Under the pieces are notes generated by a model that saw only the letters and a program-made list of their open reading frames with translations, was not told the DNA's origin and ran no database searches. The position numbers and the translations under genes were made by a program. This document shows, one piece after another, positions 12,201 to 25,522 of a DNA stretch of 64,000 nt. The stretch spans positions 7,750,001-7,814,000 of the forward strand of contig OZ024764.1 of assembly GCA_964016885.1 (NCBI GenBank). Reading direction: 5' to 3'. The DNA comes from Eledone cirrhosa. Its lineage: Eukaryota. Each line of letters starts with the position of its first letter. Positions within the stretch are counted from its first letter, which is position 1.

Positions 12201-12770
12201 AAAATAAAGGCGTTGATAAGTAAAAGAGAGGACAATACTCTGATTCCATCAGGGAAATGGCCATGTTCGATATAAAGAAGGGTTTCTCCCTCCGTATGAA
12301 AGGAGGGTTATATGATGCCTGTGTGAGATGCGCGATGCTGCATTGTAGTGAGACATGGGCAGCAACTGCAGAAGATATGCGATGGCTGGAGAGAAATGAA
12401 GCAAGTGCTCCGTTGGATGTGCAATGTCAATGTGCGTGAATGACCAAGCATAGATCAGTTGAGAAAGAAATTTGGGTATAAGAGGGATAAGTTGTGGTGT
12501 GCAGGAGAGAAGGCTGAGATGGTATGGACATGTGATGCGCATGGGGGATGACCGATGGGTGAAGAAGTGCTAGGAAGTCCCAGGGAAGATGCAGTAGAGG
12601 TAGACCACGAAAAACATGGGCGGAGGTGGTGAGAGCAGACCTCAGATCGCTGAAACTCACCGAGGAGATGACAAAGGACCGTGACAAGTGGAGAGATGCT
12701 GTGCTGAATAGGGCCCGTCCAACCCTTGCAAGCAGGGAAAAGCGGACGTAAGATGATGATGATGATGATC
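9260..12770 (+). mobile_element. Near full-length degenerate RTE LINE (5' UTR, APE endonuclease, RT, (ATG)n tail)
   Basis: LRVATLNV..CCVQEVRW, SAYAPQ, GDFNGHVG, SQIDF, RT motifs with many stops and frameshifts; 3' end gcaagcagggaaaagcggacgtaa(gat)n. The 5' boundary is approximate. Confidence 0.9.
9420..9865 (+). repeat. ~89-bp tandem repeat, ~5 copies, in the RTE 5' UTR
   Basis: Repeated gggcccctgagtccagtaagaggaactctctagtgctggtggcacgaataaaa..agtccatgctgtaaaatggagggg. Confidence 0.9.
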
Positions 12771-12839
12771 TATATATATTGGACTTGATTGTGATTCATA
12801 TGGGCACATGCCAAAGCTGAAGCATATATATACAGTATG

Positions 12840-13225
12840 CACCCCCCCCCCTTACATCTCTTATGAAGACAGGCCAAAACACTGTGAAGTGGTTGTGTAG
12901 GTGACATGACAAAAAGCACCCAGTCCACACTGTAAAGTGTTTGTATTGTTGACACAGTAAAAAGCATCCAGCCCACATTGTAAAGTGGTCATGTAGGTGT
13001 GTGTCACAACAAAAAGCACCCAGTACACACTGTAAGTGATCGTGTAGGTGTCACAACAAAAAGTACAGAGTTCTCAATGAAAATGTGTTTGGTGTTAAGA
13101 AGGGCATCCAGCTGTAGAAACCAAGCCATGGTCACCTGATCTAGCATTATCCACAACAGGACAACTCGTCTAAACCATGACAGCATGGAGAAATGGACGT
13201 TAAATGGTGATGATGGTGATGATGA
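12840..13225 (+). mobile_element. RTE 3' UTR / SINE-tail fragment
   Basis: ~44-bp aaaaagcacccagtccacactgtaaag units, ggtgttaagaagggcatccagc and an (ATG)n tail. Confidence 0.7.
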
Positions 13226-13404
13226 TAAAGACATGGCTGTGTGATTAAGTTGTTTGGTTCACAACCATTGCTTGGGTGCAATGCGCAATGTTGCATGGTT
13301 GTGAGACATGGGCAGTGACTGAAGAGGATATGTGGAGTCTAAAGTTTGTCTTCACCCTTTAGCATTAAAACCGATCATATCTGGCCAGAATTGTCTGGGG
13401 TCCA

Positions 13405-13772
13405 TATCATTCCACTGCAAAGTGGTCGTGGAGGTGCCACGACAAAAAAAGCACCCAGCACTCACTGTAAAGTGGTCGTGTAGGCGCCACGGCAAAAAAG
13501 CACCCAGCTCTCACTGTAAAGTGGTTGTGTAGGCGCCACGGCAAAAAAGCACCCAGCTCTCACTGTAAAGTGGTCGTGTAGGTGCCACGGCAAAAAAGCA
13601 CCCAGCACTCACTGGAAAGTAGTCATGGAGGTGCCACGGCAAAAAAGCACCCAGCACTCACTGTAAATGAGGTTGGTGTTAGGAAGGGCATCCAGCTGTA
13701 GAAATCAAGCCAAAATCAGTTCCCGCCCCACCCTTGCAAGCAGGGAAAAAGCGAACGTAAAATGAAATGATG
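13405..13772 (+). mobile_element. Headless SINE (short-tail variant) with expanded ~47-bp internal repeats
   Basis: Matches the body and tail of the SINE at 36172-36512. Confidence 0.8.
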
Positions 13773-13902
13773 ATATATGTATGAAGTAATTCCGTCAAAA
13801 AGGTCCAGGAAAAAAGAGTGCTCTATGTAGGTTACAGAGCTTATTAGTTATGTAATAAACAACATAAGATAAATCCACTTTCAATAAATACAGCAGGATT
13901 TT

Positions 13903-13962
13903 TTTCATTCTGATGACTGAAAGCAAATTTGTTTGCCTTCAAGAAACCACTGGTAAATGAAA
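13903..13962 (+). ncRNA. Type I hammerhead ribozyme motif (Penelope-type)
   Basis: Stem I TTTCATT/AATGAAA; core CTGATGA; stem II TGAAAGCAAA/TTTGCCTTCA; GAAA; near-palindromic stem III ACCACTGGT; cleavage triplet GUA. Confidence 0.7.
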
Positions 13963-14002
13963 TAATTATCTTATGTTGTTTATTACATAACTATATATAT
14001 AT

Positions 14003-14312
14003 TTAATTAGAAAGTGAACAACACAATATATAACTCCATTACCAAAGGTTTCAGGACACTAGACAATATTATCATACGTCTAGTTTGTTAAACCTGAAAC
14101 CCTTGGTAATGGAGTAATATTTTGTGTTGTTCACTTTTTAATTAAATAGCTCTGTTCTATACATAGAGCACTCTTTTTTCCTTTGCTTTTTCTTCAGAAA
14201 TACTTAACATTATATATATATAAGGTTAACTTTGCCTTTCATCCTTACGGGGTCGATAAAATAAAGTACCAGTAATGTACTGGTATATTGCTGGCCTTGT
14301 GCCAAAAGTAGA

Positions 14313-14355
<43 letters not shown>

Positions 14356-15287
14356 GGAGGTGAGTTTTATTGTAGTACAATAAAGCAATGCAGATATCGG
14401 ATAAGAAGCACTCTACAGTTTGTAGGACTGGAGTATACATAATATACAGATATGTTGATTTAAAACTGAACTATCCACAAGTGTTTTTTAACCTTCATAT
14501 CATGTCTTCATGTTTTATCTGATGAAAACACAAATATTATTGCATGATGATATTTGTTTTTGAAAGTGGTAAGGAACCAGATGGACCATAACGCACCAGA
14601 GTACTCAATACTTAGGGTAGTAGAGTGGGTAATAGGAAAAAGTATGACCCCCGACGGCAGAGCTCAAGCCGTTCCGACAGCTATTTCAGTCCAGAAATAG
14701 CCGTCGAATCGGCTTGAGCTCTGCCGTCGGGGTCATACTTTTTCCTATATATATATATATATATATATATAGGAACAAGTAAGACCCCGACAGCTGAGCT
14801 CAAGCCGTTTCGACGGCTAATTCTGGACTGTCCAGAATTAGCCGTCGAAACGGCTTGAGCTCAGCCGTCGGGGTCTTACTTGTTCCTATTACCCACTCTA
14901 CTACCCTAAGTATTGAGTACTCTAGTGCGTTATGGTCCACCTGGTTCCTTACCACTTTTCCTTCGTTATATATATATATATATAGTTTCTACTTTTGGCA
15001 CAAGGCCAGCAATTACCCAGTACATTACTGGTACTTTATTTTATCGACCCCGTGAGGATGAAAGGCAAAGTTAACCTTATATATATAATGTTAAGTATTT
15101 CTGAAGAAAAAGCAAAGGAAAAAACAGTGCTCTATGTATAGAACAGAGCTATTTAATTATAACATGGAACTCTTTTAACCATCTTTTGTTCTTATATATT
15201 ATGTATACTCCAGTCCTACAAACTGTAGAGTGCTTCTTATCCGATATCTGCATTGCTTTATTGTACTACAATAAAACTCACCTCTTA
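14003..15287. repeat. Nested inverted-repeat (fold-back) complex built from short TE modules separated by (TA)n
   Basis: Palindromes at 14003-14146, 14632-14748 and 14769-14889. Inverted pairs 14140-14318/14983-15159, 14357-14446/15196-15284 and 14563-14640/14881-14958. Confidence 0.85.
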
Positions 15288-15729
15288 TATATATATATAT
15301 AATATATATTGATGACAATGAGATAAATAGGATATTATGCATAACATTTTTTTTATTACTTGCCTAAAAATGAGACAAAGAATCTTCATAAGTAAATATG
15401 CAAATTTAGAATGTCTTTCTTTTACACAATTTGATGGTGCATTAGCATAAATGAACACTTCTTACTTCATCCAAAACATAAATAAGGGATGTGTGTGTGT
15501 GTGTGTGTGTGTGTGTAGAAAGGAGTAGGTGTCATGACAAAAAAGAGAGAGAGAGTGTGTGTAACTGGACATTTGGAAACTCTGCTTCGAAGAATCGAGA
15601 CGTATCTGAGGATTTGAGAGGGAGGTTTGATCACCACATCGATCGTGCCTGGAGCTGGTCGCCAGAGAAACGGTTGAAATATGTCAAATAAATTCTAATT
15701 CAGCACACCACTGGTTCTCCCTTTCTTAT

Positions 15730-15732
<3 letters not shown>

Positions 15733-15801
<69 letters not shown>

Positions 15802-15845
15802 TATATATATCTATATATGTATGTATGTACGTATATATATGTATG

Positions 15846-15876
<31 letters not shown>

Positions 15877-16141
15877 ATATGTATGTATATATGTATGTAT
15901 ATGTGTATGTATATATATATGTATGTATATGTATGTATATATGTATGTATATATGTATATATATATATATATGTATGTATATGTGTATGTATATATATAT
16001 GTATGTATATGTATATATATATGTATATATATATATGTATGTATATATATGTATATATGTATATATATATGTATATATATATATATATGTATGTATGTAT
16101 ATATGTATATATGTATGTATGTATATATGTATATATATATG

Positions 16142-16172
<31 letters not shown>

Positions 16173-16395
16173 GTATGTATGTATATATGTATATATATAT
16201 GTATATATATATGTATATGTATATATGTATATGTATATATATATATGTATATGTATATGTATATATATATATGTATATATATATGTATATATATATATGT
16301 ATATGTATATGTATATATGGATATATATATGTATATGTATATGTATATATGGATATATATATGTATATGTATATGTATATGTATATATATATATG

Positions 16396-16427
<32 letters not shown>

Positions 16428-16529
16428 TGTATGTATATATATGTATATATATGTATGTATATGTATGTATATATATGTATATATATGTATGTATATATAT
16501 GTATATATATATATATATATGTATGTATA

Positions 16530-16572
<43 letters not shown>

Positions 16573-16581
16573 ATATATATG

Positions 16582-16613
<32 letters not shown>

Positions 16614-16808
16614 TGTGTGTATATATATATATATATATGTGTATATATATGTATATATATACACACATATCTATATATATATATGTATGTACGTATATAT
16701 ATATATATATGTATGTAATATATACATATATATATATATATATATACACATATATATATATATATATACATACATATATATATATTTATATATATATATA
16801 TATATACA
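15733..16808. repeat. (TA)n/(TATG)n compound microsatellite, ~1.1 kb
   Basis: Direct inspection. Confidence 0.98.
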
Positions 16809-17119
16809 GGTGTCCAATGTCTCAAGATGGATGAAATCTGAGAAAAGACAACAGATGGGTTACCATGACAACGACACATCCTGTCCATTTCATGACAATG
16901 TCTTCTGTCCACGTTACCATGGAAACAACACATCGCATCTCTTCTTTCAACCACACAATGGACTAAAAGATGGAGACCCTGTGTGTGTGTGGGAGGGGGG
17001 GTATGTGTGTGTACATGTGTGTGTATACATGTGTGTATATGTGTGTGTGTGTGTGTATATATCATCATCATCATCATCATGGTTTTATGTCTATTTTCCA
17101 TGCGCCTGCCTATATATGC

Positions 17120-17152
<33 letters not shown>

Positions 17153-17238
17153 TATAAAGATATATATGTGTATATATATATATATGTGTGTGTATATATA
17201 TATATGTATGTATATATCTATATATATATGTCTCTATG

Positions 17239-17311
<73 letters not shown>

Positions 17312-17315
<4 letters not shown>

Positions 17316-17796
17316 TCATCATCATCATCATCATCACCGTTTTACGTCCGTTCTTCCACGATAGCATGGGTTAGACAGGTTGTCCTGTTGTGGGCAGTGT
17401 CTGGTCGGCTGACCATGCCTTGCTCATACAGGAACTGATTTGGCTTGATTTCTACAGCTGGATGCCCTTCCTAACACCAACCTCATTTACAGTGAGTGCT
17501 GGGTGCTTTTTCATGGCGCCTACACGTCCACTTTACAGTGTGGGCTGGGTGCTTTTTTGCCATGGCACCTCCACAACCACCTTGCGGTGGGAGGTGTGGG
17601 GGCATATTGTCTATATGCTTCAGCTTGTACCCATGGGAGGTCAGGTACTCTGTATTACTGCGTGACGCCAGAGGTCACGGTCGTGTGTCATTGCCTTTGA
17701 GAGGTGTAATTGGGTAAGGTCGGCTTTTATCACCTCATCCCAGGTCATCTTGGGTCTCCCCCACACCGCGGTTTCCATCGACTTCTAGTGCTCTGC
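17312..17796 (-). mobile_element. RTE 3' fragment: ORF end plus SINE-like 3' UTR
   Basis: Minus strand gives RALEVDGNRG..RPKMTWDEVIKADLTQLHLSKAMTHDRDLWRHAVIQST* (one frameshift), then 44-bp repeats, gttggtgttaggaagggcatcc, the long tail and (ATG)n. Confidence 0.85.
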
Positions 17797-18338
17797 ATAT
17801 ATACACACATATATATATACATATATATACTAAGAATAATGATTTCTAAACTCAAGCAGTCCTTTGTATAGGACTATTTGAGTTTAAAACTCATTATTCT
17901 TAGTATCACTGCTCCTTATGTTGAGCTAACTTTAGCCCCATATAAACGGCTGTTATTTCTAGCAGAACGAGTATGCGGCAGCAAGAAACTAGAAAACCAT
18001 GTGCGTGAAGCATACCAATTGTTCAGGGTACTTACTGAAGAGAGCTGAACGGGGTATTCTTTCACTTTTCCATCTCGAAACTTATTTGGATTTTGAAGTT
18101 TAAACTTATCTACGGAACAGGTTTGATTTTGAAATTTAAATTTGTCTAAGTACCACGGTCATTTGCCAATATCGTTTGTTTTTATTGATTTATTATTTTA
18201 AATCGAGACAGACAAACTGTATTATTATAATTAGTATTTTTCAATCTAGCTAACTTAGTCTTTTACAATACAAACACTTATATGTTAGTATTTGTGTTTC
18301 ATCATATATATTAATTTATATTAACTTGTACATATATC

Positions 18339-18484
<146 letters not shown>

Positions 18485-18536
18485 CACATATATACACACG
18501 CATATATATATATATATGTGTGTGTATATGTATATA

Positions 18537-18573
<37 letters not shown>

Positions 18574-18814
18574 GAATATATATGTGTATATAGGTATATA
18601 TATGTATATATATATATTTATATATACATATATATATGTATATATACACATATATAGCTTTCACACATTTATGTTCCTGTCATCACAAAGATCATAAAAC
18701 ATTTGTTGTTCCATTGTTAATATATATTTACACATACTCTCTCTCTCTCTCATACATGTATACACTTTCACACACACACTCACACATATGCTTACACAAA
18801 TACACATACACTCT

Positions 18815-21027
18815 TGGCAGAAGAAAGGAGCTGATCATCAGATCAGACCAAGGAAACAATGTCTCCATTGGTCTTTCCATTACTGATACTGTCTGTCAGT
18901 CACAACTCCTGGCAGAAGAAAGGAGCTGATCATCAGATCAGACCAAGGAAACAATGTTTCCATTGGTCTTTCCATTACTGATACTATCTGTCAGTCACAA
19001 CTCCTGGCAGAAGAAAGGAGCTGATCAACAGATCAGACCAAGGAAACAATGTTTCCATTGGTCTTTCCATTACTGATACTATCTGTCAGTCACAACTCCT
19101 GGCAGAATAAAGGAGCTGATCATCAGATCAGGCCAAGGAAACAATGTTTTCATTGGTCTTTCCATTACTGATACTATCTGTCTGTCACAACACCTGGCAG
19201 AGGAAAGGAGCTGATCATCAGATCAGACCAAGGAAACAATGTCTCCATTGGTCTTTGTATTACTGATACTATCTGTCAGTCACAACTCCTGGCAGAATAA
19301 AGGAGCTGATCATCAGATCAGACCAAGGAAACAATGTTTCCATTGGTCTTTCCATTACTGATACTATCTGTCAGTCACAACTCCTGGCAGAAGAAAGGAG
19401 CTGATCATCAGATCAGACCAAGGAAACAATGTTTCCATTGGTATTTCCATTACTGATACTATCTGTCAGTCACAACTCCTGGCAAAAGAAAGGAGCTGAT
19501 CATCAAATCAGACCAAGGAAACAATGTCTCCATTGGTCTTTGTATTACTGATACTTTTTGTCAGTCACAACTCCTGGCAGAAGGAAGGAGCTGATCATCA
19601 GATTAGACCAAGGAAACACTGTTTCCATTGGTCTTTCCATTACTGATACTTTTTGTCAGTCACAACTCCTGGCAGAAGGAAGGAGCTGATCATCAGATCA
19701 GACCAAGGAAACACTGTTTCCATTGGTCTTTCCATTACTGATACTATCTGTCAGTCACAACTCCTGGCAGAAGGAAGGAGCTGATCATCAGATCAGGCCA
19801 AGGAAACAATGTTTCCATTGGTCTTTCCATTACTGATACTATCTGTCAGTCACAACTCCTGGCAGAAGAAATGAGCTGATCATCAGATCAGACCAAGGAA
19901 ACAATGCTTCCATTGGTATTTCCATAACTGATACTGTCTGTCTGTCACAACTCCTGGCAGAGGAAAGGAGCTGATCATCAGATCAGGCCAAGGAAACAAT
20001 GTTTCCATTGGTCTTTCCATTACTGATACTATCTGTCAGTCACAACACCTGACAGAAGGAAGGAGCTGATCACCAGATCAGACCAAGGAAACAATGTTTC
20101 CATTGGTCTTTCCATTACTGATACTATCTGTCAGTCACAACACCTGACAGAAGGAAGGAGCTGATCACCAGATCAGACCAAGGAAACAATGTTTCCATTG
20201 GTCTTTCCATTACTGATACTATCTGTCAGTCACAACTCCTGGCAGAAGAAAGGAGCTGATCATCAGATCAGACCAAGGAAACAATGTTTCCATTGGTCTT
20301 TCCATTACTGATACTATCTGTCAGTCACAACACCTGACAGAAGGAAGGAGCTGATCACCAGATCAGACCAAGGAAACAATGTTTCCATTGGTCTTTCCAT
20401 TACTGATACTATCTGTCAGTCACAACTCCTGGCAGAAGAAATGAGCTGATCATCAGATCAGACCAAGGAAACAATGTCTCCATTGGTCTTTCCATTACTG
20501 ATACTATCTGTCAGTCACAACTCCTGGCAGAAGAAAGGAGCTGATCATCAGATCAGACCAAGGAAACAATGTTTCCATTGGTCTTTCCATTACTGATACT
20601 ATCTGTCAGTCACAACACCTGACAGAAGGAAGGAGCTGATCACCAGATCAGACCAAGGAAACAATGTTTCCATTGGTCTTTCCATTACTGATACTATCTG
20701 TCAGTCACAACACCTGACAGAAGAAAGGAGCTGATCATCAGATCAGACCAAGGAAACAATGTTTCCATTGGTCTTTCCATTACTGATACTATCTGTCAGT
20801 CACAACTCCTGGCAGAAGAAAGGAGCTGATCATCAGATCAGACCAAGGAAACAATGTCTCCATTGGTCTTTGTATTACTGATACTTTTTGTCAGTCACAA
20901 CTCCTGGCAGAAGAAAGGAGCTGATCATCAGATCAGACCAAGGAAACAATGTTTCCATTGGTCTTTCCATTACTGATACTATCTGTCAGTCACAACTCCT
21001 GGCAGAAGAAAGGAGCTGATCATCAGA
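18815..21027. repeat. 95-bp satellite, ~23 copies
   Basis: Unit cacaactcctggcagaagaaaggagctgatcatcagatcagaccaaggaaacaatgtttccattggtctttccattactgatactatctgtcagt at 18901, 18996, 19091 and onward. Confidence 0.98.
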
Positions 21028-21194
21028 TGGAGGAATGGCTTGAACACAAAAACCTTTGATCCATATCTGACTCAACAAAGCATCTTTATCATCGCCACTA
21101 ATCAATAGGCAAGAATATTTATTACATTTTAGTTTTCACATCAATGTTGTTACTGCTAATCTATTATACACATACACACACACATATATATATA

Positions 21195-21233
<39 letters not shown>

Positions 21234-21280
21234 TTTTTTTATATATCTATACATATTTTTACATATATATATATACATAC

Positions 21281-21357
<77 letters not shown>

Positions 21358-21507
21358 ATTCATAAATGCAGACAACTAGTCATAAAAGTATCCATCGAAA
21401 GAAGAAAAGTAGAAGAAAAAGAAAAAGAAAACTACACTAAAAAAGACAACTAATGGAATATAATTACATAAAGTTTCAAGCTTGTTGAAAAATGATATAT
21501 ATATATA

Positions 21508-21993
<486 letters not shown>

Positions 21994-22587
21994 GATGATG
22001 ATGATGATGATGATACATACATGTATATATACGCACACACGCATATATATATATATATATATATATAGCTAACCACAAAGATCTACTTATTCTGAATAGG
22101 TCGCATTTTCATCATCATCACTGCAACAACAACAACAAAACATCATCACCAACAACAACAACAACCAATATTAATAAATGGACCAACATCAGAGGATATC
22201 TCCGGTCAGTGTTCTTTACAGCAACGTTGGTCAGTGAGAGAGAGGGGTGAGTGAGAGGGAGAGAGGGTGAGTGAGAGTGAGAGGGGGGGGGGGAGAAAGT
22301 GGCATTGATTTTTATCAAGGGGACAGTTAATATATATATATATATATATACTCTTTTACCTGTTTCAGCCATCCGGCTGAGGCCATGCTGGGGCACCGCC
22401 CTTGGCATATGTATATATATATATATATTTTTTTTTTTATATGCATATTATAGCTAGAAATGGCTGTCGAAACGGCTTGAGCTCTGCCGTCGGGGTCATA
22501 CATTTTCCTATTACCCGCTCTCCTAGCCTAAGTATTGAGTACTCTGGTGCGTTATGGTCCATCTGGTTCCTTACCACACTTCCTTCG

Positions 22588-22629
<42 letters not shown>

Positions 22630-22851
22630 CATATATTATATATATATATATTATATATATATATATATATTACATATATTATATATATATATATTATATA
22701 TATATATATATATTACATATATTATATGTGTATATATATATACACACACACACTCACATATATATATGTATATATATATATACACATATACATACTTATA
22801 CATATATATACATACATACATATATATACACACACACACACACACACGCAC

Positions 22852-22912
<61 letters not shown>

Positions 22913-22961
22913 TACACACATGCATACTTATACATATATATACATACATACATTATTATGT

Positions 22962-24590
22962 ATAGTTGCTGAGATGCTGAAGGCATCAGGGGACGTAGGC
23001 ACTAAACTGGTTGCACGCATCATCAATCAGGCTATATATGGTGGTGTCATACCCAAAGACTGGTGCAGCAGTATTCTCATAAATTGCTACAAAGGTAAAG
23101 GGGATGCTTTGGAGAGGAGCAATTATAGGGGTATAAAACTGATAGATCAGGTTATGAAAGTGGCAGAAAGGATTTTAGCACAACTAATTAGAGAAAGGGT
23201 CAAACTAGATGAGATGCAGTTTGGTTTTGTGCCTGGGAAGAGTACAACAGATGCCCTCTTCTTGGTGAGACAAATGCAAGAGAGGTTCTTAGAGAAGAAT
23301 AAGCCACTATACTTAGCCTTTGTTGACCTAGAGAAGGCCTTTGATAGGGTACCCCGATCTGTCATCTGGTGGTCCCTAAGGAAGCTGGGTGTTGAGGAAT
23401 GGCTTGTGAGGACAGTGCAAACTTTGTACAGAGGTACTCTCAGTAAAGTCAGGGTAGGAATGGAGTTTAGTGAGGAATTCCAGATACAAGTAGGAGTACA
23501 TCAGGGTTCGGTCCTCAGCCCGCTCTTGTTCATTATAGTCCTCCAAGCCATAACAGAGGAGTTTAAGATTGGCTGTCCATGGGAACTTCTCTATGCTGAC
23601 GATCTGGCTCTTATGGCAGAATCAGTAGAGGAGCTAGAGAATAAATTCCGGCTATGGAAACAGCAGTTGGAAGCAAGAGGACTGAGAGTAAATCTAGCTA
23701 AGACAAAAGTGTTGATGAGTAGAAAAGAGGAAAAAACCCTGATTCCGTCAGGGAAATGGCCATGTTCGATATGCAGAAAAGGAACTGGCATAAATTCTAT
23801 AAAATGCACACAATGTAGGTCCTGGGTACACAAGAGATGTAGCGGGATAGCAGGCAAACTAACAGGTAGGGAGAAATATGTATGCAGTAGATGTACAGGG
23901 AAATTAGACAGTAGAAGTCGCACTGATAGACACATTTTTCAAATGCGAGAGGGCGCTATAGAAGTGGTGGATAGCTTCCGGTACCTAGGAGATCAGATTA
24001 GCATGGGAGGAGGGTGTTCCGAGGCCATAGTATCTAGAATAAGGACGGGTTGGAAGAAGTTTAGGGAGCTGCTTCCTCTGTTGACGAAGAAGGGTTTCTC
24101 CCTGCGTACGAAAGACCGGTTGTATGATGCCTGTGTGAGGAGCGCGATGCTGCATGGTAGTGAGACATGGGCAGCAACCGCAGAAGATATGCGACGGCTG
24201 GAGAGAAATGAGGCAAGCATGCTCCGTTGGATGTGCAGTGTAAATGTGCGTGAACGACCCAGCATAAATGTGTTGAGAGAGAAACTGTGTCTGAGAGGGA
24301 TAGAATGTAGTGTACGGGAGAGGAGACTGAGGTGGTATGGACATGTGATGCGCATGGAGGATGACCGATGGGTGAAGAAGTGCCAGGAAATGCCAGTTGA
24401 AGGAAGACGTGGTAGAGGTAGACCACGACAAACATGGGCGGAGGTGGTGAGAACAGACCTCAGATCATTGAAGCTCACGGTGGAGATGACGAAGGACCGT
24501 GAAGAGTGGAGAGATGCTGTGCTGAATAAGACCCGTCCCACCCTTGCAAGCAGGGAAAAGCGGACGTAAAATGATGATGATGATGATGAT
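22962..24590 (+). mobile_element. 5'-truncated RTE LINE with open RT ORF (stop at 24569), internal PHD-like finger and (ATG)n tail
   Basis: [62 protein letters not shown]. Confidence 0.95.
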
Positions 24591-24944
24591 ACATATATAC
24601 ACATATATATATATATATATCATCATCATCATCATTTTACGTCCTCCTATGGTTTTGGAGATAGACCCCATAACCATATATATTGGGAAACTACATTGCC
24701 CAGGGTACTTGGAGAAGTATATTTCATTTTAATCAAAGGGTTCCCTGTGGGCACAAAGCTCTGCTGAAAACCCCTGCTGAAAATGTTTTCCCTTTTTATT
24801 AAGACACCCTAATGGGGGTTAAACCCCCTATAGTGAAAATTTTGTCCAATAAATGGAACAAGATTTCACAAAGTCTTCTTAGGGTTCTGGAGATAGACCC
24901 CATAACCATATATGTTCTGAAAATACATTGCCCAGGGTACTTGG

Positions 24945-24979
<35 letters not shown>

Positions 24980-25037
24980 TATTAAAAAAATAATGAATAA
25001 ACAAAGAAACAGTTCCTTATATTAAACAAAAAAAGTT

Positions 25038-25176
25038 CATTATTTTACGATCGTTTCTAGGACATATATGTGTTAGAATTGGTATGCATATTCAAAAGAT
25101 CTATGTACAAAATTATACAAACTATCAGAGGGAATATACATACCTTCACATATATATGCTGTCTTCAGAAATAATG
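25038..25176 (-). ncRNA. Type I hammerhead ribozyme motif with long stem II
   Basis: Minus strand: CATTATTT-CTGAAGA-[~105-nt hairpin]-GAAACGATCGT-A-AAATAATG. Perfect 8-bp stem I and palindromic stem III ACGATCGT. Confidence 0.7.
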
Positions 25177-25242
25177 ATGCTTGTTTATTGATAATAACAA
25201 CAATTCAAAATAATAGGTCTGTTTGGGAACAAATTTTGCTCC

Positions 25243-25293
<51 letters not shown>

Positions 25294-25371
25294 ATAATAA
25301 TAAGTGTGAAGACTAAAATCCAAAGAGGGTTTGATAAGGATAAATATATATCAAATATATAAGAACCATAG

Positions 25372-25480
25372 AACAGATTAAAGTTTAAGCAAAGAATCAC
25401 TGCTTTCACCCCTAACGGGATCTTCTGAAGATCCCGTTAAGGATGAAAGCAGCGATTCTTTGCTTAAACTTTAATCTGTT
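25372..25480. repeat. ~110-bp palindrome
   Basis: aacagattaaagtttaagcaaagaatc...gattctttgcttaaactttaatctgtt; a related half-copy lies at 43403-43448. Confidence 0.9.
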
Positions 25481-25490
25481 ATTTTAATAA

Positions 25491-25521
<31 letters not shown>

Positions 25522-25522
25522 G

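Noticed and set aside
15519-15720. Unique-looking stretch as a possible exon (also 22080-22235 and 21028-21110)
   Set aside because: No recognisable product and no consistent exon chain.
15695-17438. Long Y/I/H/M/C-rich ORFs (also 18316-18697, 21781-22078, 45119-45609, 54431-54902)
   Set aside because: Translations of (TA)n/(TATG)n microsatellites, open in many frames on both strands.
18815-21027. CRISPR-like array or functional hammerhead satellite
   Set aside because: No unique spacers and no cas genes in a eukaryotic context. The + strand core is CUGAUCA rather than CUGANGA, and the - strand arrangement has G at the cleavage position with no credible stem I or II.
22554-22961. N-terminal part of the 671-aa ORF (likewise 6285-6311 of the 605-aa ORF)
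   Set aside because: Chance read-through from microsatellite or Helitron DNA into 5'-truncated RTE copies, not chimeric genes.
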